Positions 20,137 to 27,893 of a stretch of DNA of 64,000 nt are shown piece after piece. The notes beneath the pieces were generated by a model. The model made no database searches and was not told the DNA's origin. It saw only the letters and a program-made list of their open reading frames with translations. Numbering within the stretch: position 1 is the first letter of the stretch; every line of letters starts with the position of its first letter. Origin of the DNA: Prolixibacteraceae bacterium (GTDB lineage: Bacteria; Bacteroidota; Bacteroidia; Bacteroidales; Prolixibacteraceae); contig JANQII010000148.1 of NCBI GenBank assembly GCA_028282195.1, positions 24,322 to 88,321 of the forward strand, written 5' to 3'. A program made the translations under genes and the position numbers.

Positions 20137-20424
20137 TTAAAATATTGGGAAAAAGTAATTTGATAAAGTAAGAAGCCACAATGCCAATGTTACAATTAAA
20201 AATAAATTAATGCCTATTAATCTTTTATATAGCAATATTGACACACATATTCCCAATGCACCAACTAAAGCATTCATCAATAAAATATGATTTGGATACA
20301 TAAATAGGAACAAAATGTCAGTAAAATTATAGCAGTAATAAAAATAAAAAGAGTTAATTAATAAAAAAGCGTTAATGCATATTGCTATAAATCCGATTAT
20401 TCCGTTTGTTTTAATATTTTTCAT
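20137..20424 (-). CDS. Hypothetical small membrane protein (3 TM)
   Basis: 95 aa, three hydrophobic helices. Confidence 0.5.
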   Translation of the reverse strand: MKNIKTNGIIGFIAICINAFLLINSFYFYYCYNFTDILFLFMYPNHILLMNALVGALGICVSILLYKRLIGINLFLIVTLALWLLTLSNYFFPIF

Positions 20425-20483
20425 GTTTTACCAACCAGAAGTTCCCTTAAGAATATTCTTCTCAACGATCAACCTTTCAAAAA

Positions 20484-20951
20484 TTATTCTTTCAGTATGT
20501 GAGCATAGGCTTGCACTTCTTCATCCTTATCAATTATTTGCATCGCCACTTTTTTATCTCCTAATAAAAAAGTGAAGTTTGAATAATCTGAAAACACTAC
20601 TTTTCCAACCATTGTCGTTTCTTGACTTAACCCAAGATGTTCTATTAGTGAGTTAATATCAATTTTTTTAGACCACACAATATTTACCGGACTTCCTTCA
20701 ATATCAATTGTAATCTTTTCAATGAATAGAGAGTAATAAATTTCTGACAAAGTTACTACAACCCTGTACCTCATGCCTGCATTAGAATCATCATCCGAAT
20801 TTTCGTAATAATGATCTGGTGCTACATGTATGTTGCAAATTGATGGGTAATTTGCATTTTGCTCTTTTAATTGAACCCTTAATCCTTTTGGCATACCTAT
20901 GCAACTGCATGAGATGCTCAAAACGATCAGGATCAACATTATACTTTTCAT
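20484..20951 (-). CDS. Hypothetical lipoprotein (155 aa)
   Basis: Lipobox-like LIVLSISCSC. Confidence 0.55.
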   Translation of the reverse strand: MKSIMLILIVLSISCSCIGMPKGLRVQLKEQNANYPSICNIHVAPDHYYENSDDDSNAGMRYRVVVTLSEIYYSLFIEKITIDIEGSPVNIVWSKKIDINSLIEHLGLSQETTMVGKVVFSDYSNFTFLLGDKKVAMQIIDKDEEVQAYAHILKE

Positions 20952-20958
20952 GTTGATC

Positions 20959-21297
20959 CTATTTTATTTCTCTGTACCTCTTCTCCCATTGCTTTGTATC
21001 AGAATAATAGAACATTGATTCCCCCAGTGATGTCCCAAAAGAGACGGTATAATGTAAACTATCTCTTCTATCGTAATATAAAACGTCAATTCCTTCCTTT
21101 TCTTCAATTCCCATTTCAACTAAAGAAGCAGGTAATTTTGTATTTTCTTGCCTGTAAATTTCTATTTTTTCTACAAGTTCTTCACCTTTCTTTTTCAAAC
21201 GGACTTCTCTTATGTTCCTTAAATAGAAAAACCAAAATGAAAACAGAAATAATATAATACCTAATGCCCCAAATAAATATTTAAACTTCTTTTTCAT
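20959..21297 (-). CDS. Putative immunity protein for toxin 21303-22271 (membrane-anchored)
   Basis: 112 aa with an N-terminal TM helix. Starts 5 nt after the toxin stop. Confidence 0.55.
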   Translation of the reverse strand: MKKKFKYLFGALGIILFLFSFWFFYLRNIREVRLKKKGEELVEKIEIYRQENTKLPASLVEMGIEEKEGIDVLYYDRRDSLHYTVSFGTSLGESMFYYSDTKQWEKRYREIK

Positions 21298-21302
21298 TAT
21301 TT

Positions 21303-22271
21303 CTAAGGATTATCTTCAGTGTATAAAGGGATAGTAGTATTATTTGTTCGAGATGGCTTATCTTCAGGGTCAACCTCTGGTAATGAATTATAATTTGGAG
21401 CATTTTCTGGGTTTGTGGCTCCAAGTTCATTATTTAAATAATTCATTAGCTGTTCTCCAAATGTTAAATCACTTTTGGGATCAAAAAAATCTACTGCGAA
21501 TTCTGCACCAAATTTATCAGAAGGCAAGTCTTCATAGCTATATGCGGAATGTTTAGCAAAAAGTCTATCAGACATTTCCTGCTTATACCCATCCTGTACG
21601 GCTTCTCCAATGGGATTCTCTTTTCCTGCAGTTTTGTACTGATAAGCTTTTCCTGCATAGAACATGAAGTGTGCCATATCAACCCAGCCACCTTTTTCTG
21701 TATAAATGTATTTATCCTTAAACGTATTTATTCTTCCGGTATTAGCAGGCATTGGACGAGGATTATTTAATGTCCACTCCGTCTTACCTAAAGCCATCAT
21801 TGCTGAGTGAGCAGAACCTCCAGTTTTTAGTCCGAGTTTTGTGCCTGTTGTATTTATAGTGTTTACAAATCCTCTTGCCGTTCCGGCTTGTGGTTTAATC
21901 GGTTCTTTACCATCAGGGTCAATAAACTTAATTGGGTTATTCAATACATAATTGTACGGAGACCAACTTGAATATTCTTCGGTCAATGGGTCTGGACTTA
22001 CCCAACGACTAACCAGATGTGGGGACATATCACCTTCAAACAATAAAGTATCTTTTTCTACGAACCCAATAATTTTATTTGTCTGGGTATTAAATAATAC
22101 AGAACCAATCTCAACAACGTCTTTCAAATCGTGAAATTCCTGATATTTTCCATTGCTTAAAGTGACCACTTTGAAATTAAATCCATATTTCTCCCATGGA
22201 TATTCATCCGCTTTGCTTGTTAAAAAAGAAGCAAGTAAAAACATTAGAGATAAAATTTTTAACGACTTCAT
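21303..22271 (-). CDS. Secreted polymorphic toxin: short N-domain, Rhs-associated core motif and an unrecognised C-terminal domain
   Basis: Signal peptide. SRWVSPDPLTEEYSSWSPYNYVLNNPIKFIDPDG matches the C-terminal part of the Rhs repeat-associated core. No YD repeats. The C-terminal 200 aa are unrelated to the paralogue at 23184-24218. Confidence 0.75.
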   Translation of the reverse strand: MKSLKILSLMFLLASFLTSKADEYPWEKYGFNFKVVTLSNGKYQEFHDLKDVVEIGSVLFNTQTNKIIGFVEKDTLLFEGDMSPHLVSRWVSPDPLTEEYSSWSPYNYVLNNPIKFIDPDGKEPIKPQAGTARGFVNTINTTGTKLGLKTGGSAHSAMMALGKTEWTLNNPRPMPANTGRINTFKDKYIYTEKGGWVDMAHFMFYAGKAYQYKTAGKENPIGEAVQDGYKQEMSDRLFAKHSAYSYEDLPSDKFGAEFAVDFFDPKSDLTFGEQLMNYLNNELGATNPENAPNYNSLPEVDPEDKPSRTNNTTIPLYTEDNP

Positions 22272-22273
22272 AC

Positions 22274-22790
22274 TTATTCGATTTTTAGTTTGATTTTTTG
22301 ATTTTGATATTTATGTTTTTCTTCTTTTAACGAAACCAACCAATCCAAATACATCTCTGCTGGCATTCTTCTATAACCTAACTCATGTATAGAAGCGTAC
22401 AGCTCCTGGATTTCCTCAAATTCTCTTTTCTTCTGTTCTGTTGAAACCTCATTATTCTGCTTCCAAAGGCTTGTTTTTGTTTCTGCTTTGAATAAGAGTG
22501 CATTAATATTATTTGGGTGGTGTTCTAAAACTTTATCACAGGCTTTAAGGATAAAATTGCTATCTTTTGTTCCAAATTTTCTTTGGTATCCCATCGCTAA
22601 ATCAAGCATGCATGCCCCAATTGATTGCTTTGCACTTAAAGTATCCTCCCTTCCTGGATTGCGCGAAGATGGATATACCCTGAGATTAGCCAGGAATCAA
22701 TTGAACATACCCATTTAATTCAGGAGCATAAGTACCTTTTTAATAACATGATTAGTATCATTTTTGACCATGTTTATTTGTGTGAATTGT
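22274..22790 (-). pseudogene. Truncated, frameshifted copy of the transglutaminase-like/helical-repeat gene
   Basis: The open 111-aa ORF (22274-22609) aligns to the C-terminus of the 348-aa protein (DLAMGYQRKFG.. vs DLAQGYKKKFG..; ELGYRRMPAEMYLDWLVSLKEEK vs ELGYRTMPKEMYLDWLVSLRKEK). Upstream, GYIHLRAIQEG, IDSWLIS and NHVIKK segments continue the homology in shifted frames. The N-terminal part of about 170 aa, including the Cys motif, is absent. Confidence 0.7.
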
Positions 22791-22818
22791 AAATATGCTT
22801 GTTTAGAGCGTAGGATAA

Positions 22819-23166
22819 TCAAAAACTCAAATTCCCTTTTTTCCATTCACTTATTGTAGTCTCCGCCGTTAAAGAATGAATGCTAGAATCTTTTACAATA
22901 TCTTCTAATACTTTTAATCCAATAGATTCATCCACTGGCAAATAATAACAAGCTGACCACATTCTCACACCTACAGAACCGTGTGATAAAAATGGTTCTA
23001 ATTCATTAATCGCATTTATACTCTTGATAAAATCTACAGCCTTTCTAATTTCGTTATAATACTTATTCCCTGTTTTATAATCTCCTGATTCAGTTGCTTC
23101 AGCTTGTTTTATAGCTGCTTCTTCAAAAATTACTAAAGCGGTTTCTATATCTTTAATTTTCTTCAT
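22819..23166 (-). CDS. Putative immunity protein (DUF2019-like helical-repeat protein)
   Basis: 115 aa with no signal peptide. The pattern F..AA..QAEA..SGDYKTGNKYY....L..FLSHGSVGVRMWSACYYL....GLKVLEDI fits my recollection of DUF2019. Starts 17 nt after the nuclease-toxin stop. Confidence 0.6.
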   Translation of the reverse strand: MKKIKDIETALVIFEEAAIKQAEATESGDYKTGNKYYNEIRKAVDFIKSINAINELEPFLSHGSVGVRMWSACYYLPVDESIGLKVLEDIVKDSSIHSLTAETTISEWKKGNLSF

Positions 23167-23183
23167 TATCTAACTCTGTTATT

Positions 23184-24218
23184 TTAATAACCAAATTGCT
23201 TTAACATTTTTATTCCAAATTCATATTGAGTCTTATAATCTTGGGTACTTAACCATTTTCTTACAGTAACTCCATTAGTAAAAGGTTGTTTTGAGCTATA
23301 ATATCCTGATACTTTTGCATGAACAGAACCTTTACCGTGCGGAAGTTTAATTAAGTTATTAGTATTATGAATACTTTTAGCTCCGAATTTACTAATATTT
23401 GAAGGTGTTTGTTCAACTATATGATGCCAAGCATTATCTCTTCCTGCTGAACCCATCGCTTTCTTAAAATCATAAAATGATTTAAATCCTTTTCCTGTTT
23501 CTGATGTAGCTTTAGTAGTACTTGTTAATATCTTCTCCCCAAACTTTTTACCACTATTTGAACTTGCCCCAAAATCGCTTGATGCCAACATTAAAATTGT
23601 CCCTACGTTTTCAGGACTAAAAATCTGCATCATGGTCCAGCCTTCATAAGCAGCTTCTGTATCAACATTGTAACCACCAGAGGTATTTGCATCTTTTTGA
23701 AATTCATAGCCTTTTTCTGTCAAAGCATCTTCAATCTCTCCTACTGTCGCATCATCTGCTGCCAAATGAACCAAACCTTCATCAAACCTGTTCTCACTTC
23801 CTTGTTGATATTCGACCTGCCCTTGTTCCAAATTTAGATACCAATCTACATACCTACCATCCGGATCAATAAAAACTATCGGGTTGTCCATTGCATAGTT
23901 GTATGGGGACCAACTGGAATACTCTTCGGTCAACGGGTCAGGGCTTATCCAACGACTGGTTATGTCGGGCGATAACCCAAGTTGGTAAAAAGTAGAATCT
24001 TTTTCTACAAAACCCACAATTTGTCTGGTTTGGGTGTTGTATAAAACAGAGCCAATTTCTACAACATCTTCTAAATCGTGGAACTCTTGGTACTTTCCGT
24101 TACTTAGTGTCACCACTTTTAAGTTAAAGCCGTATTTTTTCCATGGGTATTCATCTGCTTTTCCTGTTAAAAATGAGACAAGTAACAAAAGCAAGAATAA
24201 TAATTTTACATGTTTCAT
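23184..24218 (-). CDS. Secreted polymorphic toxin: short N-domain, Rhs-associated core motif and an HNH/EndoVII-fold nuclease (WHH/AHH type)
   Basis: The N-terminal 121 aa are nearly colinear with 21303-22271, up to FIDPDG. The C-terminus has AWHHIVEQ...IHNTNNLIKLP...H. Confidence 0.75.
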   Translation of the reverse strand: MKHVKLLFLLLLLVSFLTGKADEYPWKKYGFNLKVVTLSNGKYQEFHDLEDVVEIGSVLYNTQTRQIVGFVEKDSTFYQLGLSPDITSRWISPDPLTEEYSSWSPYNYAMDNPIVFIDPDGRYVDWYLNLEQGQVEYQQGSENRFDEGLVHLAADDATVGEIEDALTEKGYEFQKDANTSGGYNVDTEAAYEGWTMMQIFSPENVGTILMLASSDFGASSNSGKKFGEKILTSTTKATSETGKGFKSFYDFKKAMGSAGRDNAWHHIVEQTPSNISKFGAKSIHNTNNLIKLPHGKGSVHAKVSGYYSSKQPFTNGVTVRKWLSTQDYKTQYEFGIKMLKQFGY

Positions 24219-24220
24219 AA

Positions 24221-25267
24221 TTATCTGATGTTAAAGTTTACTTTTTTATTTTCGTATTTTTGTTTTTCTTTTCTTAGCGAAACAAGCCAGTCCAAATACA
24301 TTTCTTTTGGCATGGTTCTGTAGCCCAATTCATGTATTTGACTATATAGTTCTTGTATTTTTATAAATTCCGTTTGTTTTTGTTCCTTGGATTGTAAAGT
24401 ATCAGCTTTCCACAAATCCATTTTTGTTTTTGCCTTCAGTAAAAGGGCGTTTATGTTCTTCGGAAAGTGTTTTAGAACTAAATCACAGGACTTTAAAACA
24501 AAGTCGCCATAATTTAAGCCAAATTTCTTTTTATACCCCTGTGCCAAATCTATTACACATGTACCAATGGATTGTTTTGTACTTAAAGTATCCATGTAAA
24601 TCCCTTGTTGGATTGCTGATAAATGGATATATCCCGAAGCCATTAACCAGGAATCAATAGGAAACATTCCACTTGTCAATTCCGTGTTGTACCACCCGAG
24701 AGATTTACATTGTTGTTTTATGTAGATATGGTTAGGTGCAAAAGACAAATAAGCTTTCTCGCCCAGTTCTTCAACAAGGATTTTATAGAAATAGGGCAAA
24801 GAATGGCAATTGCCTTTTTTTGTGGCAATGAGTTTAGTAACAAACATCTTTTGCCAATTTTCATTTCCAAAAATATCGTCGAAATCATAACTGAGAGGCA
24901 AATTATTAATGATTTCCCCATTTGGCATTTGAATGGGGATAGTGTCTTTCATTATCGTAAATACTGCTGCATAAACAGATACTTTTTGTTTGTCCTTTTC
25001 CGTATATTGTAAATCCCTTGTTTTGATAATCTGTTGGCAGATTGAAGCATAATAGTCAATGGTAGTGCAAAAAGACTCATACGAAAACTCATTGTCGAAG
25101 TAAGCATTTTCAACGGAGAACACGGCTTTCTTAAAATCTGCTTTTCGTTTCCCTTCAATCATTTCCTGTAATTCTATGAATACAGATTCGTATAGTTCCC
25201 TTTTTTCCTGTGCTTTTGTAGAAAGTAGGGTGAGAAACAAAAGAATTATAAAAATTATTTTTCGCAT
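24221..25267 (-). CDS. Secreted transglutaminase-like (SirB1-like) protein with a helical-repeat C-terminus
   Basis: Signal peptide. FGNENW...KKGNCHSLPYFYKILVEELG...FAPNHIYIK (Cys/His spacing as in the transglutaminase-like fold). Its stop abuts the toxin start. Confidence 0.65.
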   Translation of the reverse strand: MRKIIFIILLFLTLLSTKAQEKRELYESVFIELQEMIEGKRKADFKKAVFSVENAYFDNEFSYESFCTTIDYYASICQQIIKTRDLQYTEKDKQKVSVYAAVFTIMKDTIPIQMPNGEIINNLPLSYDFDDIFGNENWQKMFVTKLIATKKGNCHSLPYFYKILVEELGEKAYLSFAPNHIYIKQQCKSLGWYNTELTSGMFPIDSWLMASGYIHLSAIQQGIYMDTLSTKQSIGTCVIDLAQGYKKKFGLNYGDFVLKSCDLVLKHFPKNINALLLKAKTKMDLWKADTLQSKEQKQTEFIKIQELYSQIHELGYRTMPKEMYLDWLVSLRKEKQKYENKKVNFNIR

Positions 25268-26635
25268 TTATCTTGCTATCTGATGTATTAAACTTTTTTG
25301 ATTTTCAGGTTTTTGCTTTGCTTCTTCTAAACCCTGAAGCCACTTCAGGTATATTTCTTCCGGCATAAATTCATATCCTAAAGCATCTATTTGTGCATAA
25401 ACCTGGTACATTTTATCAAGCTCAATCCTGGCTTTAGGGTCTTTTACAAATTCTGTGATAGGGGGATTTCCTTTTTGTTTGGCAATGTGCATGGTCGTTT
25501 GAGTTTGCCAATTGGATTCCAGCATTAAGGCATTTAACTGGTTCGGGTAGTATTTCCTGACTGCATCTGAACAGTTCTTTACAAATTGGTCATAACCATA
25601 TTTCTTTGTATACCCGTTGGCTAAAGTATTTATTAGTGTTGTAACAGTTTCATGTGTGCTCAGGGTATCCATATAAATTCCGCTCCTGATAGCTTCAGTT
25701 TTTACATAGCCACTTTCAAGTATTGCCGCATCAGTAATTATTGCCCCACAGGTCAGCTCAGCATTTACCCAGTTACCTTTGGGGGATTTAAAACGGACAA
25801 AGGAATGGTTCGGGGAATAAGCCAGGTAAGATTCTGTGCCTAACTTTTGTGCGAGTATGAGGTAGAACAACGGCATTGAATGGCATTGACCGGAATTTGT
25901 CGCCATTAATTTTGAAACAAACATATTGCTCCAATTATCATTGCCCATATAATCATTAAAATCATATTTTATGGGATAATGGGTCAAGGTTTTTTCATGA
26001 CTTGATAATTTTACTTGTACCGTATCCGATATGTAATTAAAGATGATCAGGTTTTTTGCAAAATTGTCATCAGAAGAAATATTATTCTCTGCCATTGATA
26101 ACTGGCAAATGTGAACAGCCTGCTGAATTGAGCTTTCGAATTGTTTGTAATCCAACTTGTTTTCAAAATAGGCATTCTCAACAATAAAAACAGCTTTTTT
26201 CAAATCAAGGGGGATCTCCCCTTTCAGCATTTTCTTCAGTTCGTTTAATGCTGATTGAAAATGTTCTGTTCCATGCAATAGGCTTAAATCAGGAAGTTCG
26301 TAACTAATCATGTTTTGATTTAAGTCCGCGTATAATTCCTGTAATTGATAAAGAGAGGTTTGTCTTTGGTTTGTTTCAATTTGACGTATTACGCTCCGGT
26401 TTTGTATTTGTAAATCCTTCAAATTATTATGTATCGCTTTTTTGTCTCTATCAGTTCCAGCTTGCTGGAATGTTGTTGGTTTTGGTGTTTCAACAACAGG
26501 AATTTGTCCGTATGAACTCATTGTCCATATGAAGGCAAGAAGTGCTGATAAAAAAGCAGATGTATGCAATGCGAAGCGGATGTTCGAATATCGGGATTGC
26601 CGGAGTACTGCTTTATGGGGTGGTTTATCTATCAT
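25268..26635 (-). CDS. Paralogous secreted or anchored transglutaminase-like/helical-repeat protein
   Basis: 455 aa with an N-terminal hydrophobic helix. MGNDNW...NSGQCHSMPLFYLILAQKLG...SPNHSFVRF. Abuts the next gene with no gap. Confidence 0.65.
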   Translation of the reverse strand: MIDKPPHKAVLRQSRYSNIRFALHTSAFLSALLAFIWTMSSYGQIPVVETPKPTTFQQAGTDRDKKAIHNNLKDLQIQNRSVIRQIETNQRQTSLYQLQELYADLNQNMISYELPDLSLLHGTEHFQSALNELKKMLKGEIPLDLKKAVFIVENAYFENKLDYKQFESSIQQAVHICQLSMAENNISSDDNFAKNLIIFNYISDTVQVKLSSHEKTLTHYPIKYDFNDYMGNDNWSNMFVSKLMATNSGQCHSMPLFYLILAQKLGTESYLAYSPNHSFVRFKSPKGNWVNAELTCGAIITDAAILESGYVKTEAIRSGIYMDTLSTHETVTTLINTLANGYTKKYGYDQFVKNCSDAVRKYYPNQLNALMLESNWQTQTTMHIAKQKGNPPITEFVKDPKARIELDKMYQVYAQIDALGYEFMPEEIYLKWLQGLEEAKQKPENQKSLIHQIAR

Positions 26636-26690
26636 GTAATGAATTAATGCTTTGACGCTAATTTACAAATTTCATTCAAATAAATCAATT

Positions 26691-26727
26691 AATGAACAAA
26701 ATTTTATCTTCTGTTGATTTGTTCATT
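26691..26727. promoter_or_regulatory. Inverted repeat upstream of the toxin operon
   Basis: AATGAACAAA (26691-26700) - N17 - TTTGTTCATT (26718-26727), 56-92 nt upstream of the ATG at 26635. Confidence 0.3.
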
Positions 26728-26844
26728 CTTTTACTTTTGCCCTGTCCTTTTTAGAATGGCACAACCAGTGTTGTGTCATGTCTGAAATGATGGTTAAGTT
26801 GAAGTTATTTGGGTTTTTGGCAAGGCAAAAAAATCTGCGCTTAG

Positions 26845-26860
26845 TCCCGATTAATCGGGA
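26845..26860. repeat. REP-like hairpin
   Basis: Perfect palindrome TCCCGATTAATCGGGA, 28 nt downstream of the ABC-2 permease stop. Confidence 0.55.
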
Positions 26861-26887
26861 GACTGTCAGATCAGGCGTGACACGACA

Positions 26888-27604
26888 CTAAATAAACTTC
26901 TCCCTTTTCTGTAAATTGAACAGACCGTAAAGCATAAATAGCAAAGTACCAATAACCAAAAACAATCGGTTTTTAAGGGCAATGCCTTCCCAAATCATTT
27001 CATTCATATTTTGTGGCACCTGAAATGGGTTCAGGAAAATATTCCATTGAGTACGTTCCAGGTTTTCACTCAAAATTAAAGCCAGAACTCCTACGACAAT
27101 CATTACCACAGCCGTTCCGTTTCCATTTTTCACAATGGTTGAAAACATGAAAGCCAAACTTCCCAGAAACAAAACCGGGTACATTACCTGCCACGACATT
27201 TCCAATAAATTAATCGGAGTTAAAAAAATGTACGCCAAACCTGTAAAACCTAACAGCAGGACAAAAACCAGTATAAAAACCATTACCAATCTTACCAGCC
27301 ACACTTTGTAGCGATAGTCAGGAATCCCAAACAGTATCTCCAGAATTCCAGAGTCCACATCATTTTGAATACCAAAGGTCATTGGGTAAAAAATCAGCAG
27401 CATAGCAGGAAAAAGTAATATATCATAAACGAATTCTTCATCCGGCAATTCGCCATTCCAAACCCCTGAAATTGAAATAAACACATAAAAGGCTAAGGCT
27501 GCCAATAAAAACCAGATAAAGCGCCCTGCAAAAATTATTCGCATGTTATAGCGAACCATCCGGGTTATCAGGTTCAGTGTGTTTTTTATTTTTTTAATGT
27601 TCAT
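26888..27604 (-). CDS. ABC-2-type membrane permease (6 TM)
   Basis: 238 aa, six hydrophobic helices, last gene of the pump operon. Confidence 0.6.
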   Translation of the reverse strand: MNIKKIKNTLNLITRMVRYNMRIIFAGRFIWFLLAALAFYVFISISGVWNGELPDEEFVYDILLFPAMLLIFYPMTFGIQNDVDSGILEILFGIPDYRYKVWLVRLVMVFILVFVLLLGFTGLAYIFLTPINLLEMSWQVMYPVLFLGSLAFMFSTIVKNGNGTAVVMIVVGVLALILSENLERTQWNIFLNPFQVPQNMNEMIWEGIALKNRLFLVIGTLLFMLYGLFNLQKREKFI

Positions 27605-27721
27605 TAAAAAATGAATTAATATTAATAGATCAAGTCATTCCGAGAACCTACCCAATTTTATTAGGCATAATGAGGAAATGACAGTTTATTTTTATTTATA
27701 AGACCCTTTCAGGTGCAAGCA

Positions 27722-27869
27722 CACTGACAGGTCTTTGTCTTTCCCAAAACCTGTCAGCGTTCACAGAACCTGACAGCGTTGAAACAACTGAACAAAAATC
27801 TGTCATTGGCAACTTGTTTCGGAATCTGTTCCCTATAGAGATCCTGATCCCGAGTACTCGGGACAGGAT
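27722..27869. repeat. Intergenic repeat cluster (CTGWCAG words plus REP-like hairpin)
   Basis: AACCTGTCAGCGTT (27748-27761) and AACCTGACAGCGTT (27767-27780). Hairpin ATCCTGaTCCCGAGtaCTCGGGACAGGAT (27841-27869). Confidence 0.55.
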
Positions 27870-27893
27870 GACTCTTTTACTATGGTCTGTATA

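Noticed and set aside
21303-24218. Full-length Rhs/YD-repeat proteins
   Set aside because: Only the terminal core motif is present. There are no YD repeats, and the proteins are only 322-344 aa, so I called them shell-less Rhs-core toxins and not Rhs proteins.
18672-27604. Integrase, transposase or tRNA att site bounding the AT-rich island
   Set aside because: No recombinase-like ORF or tRNA gene is visible at either edge. The island boundary is defined only by composition and the repeat array.
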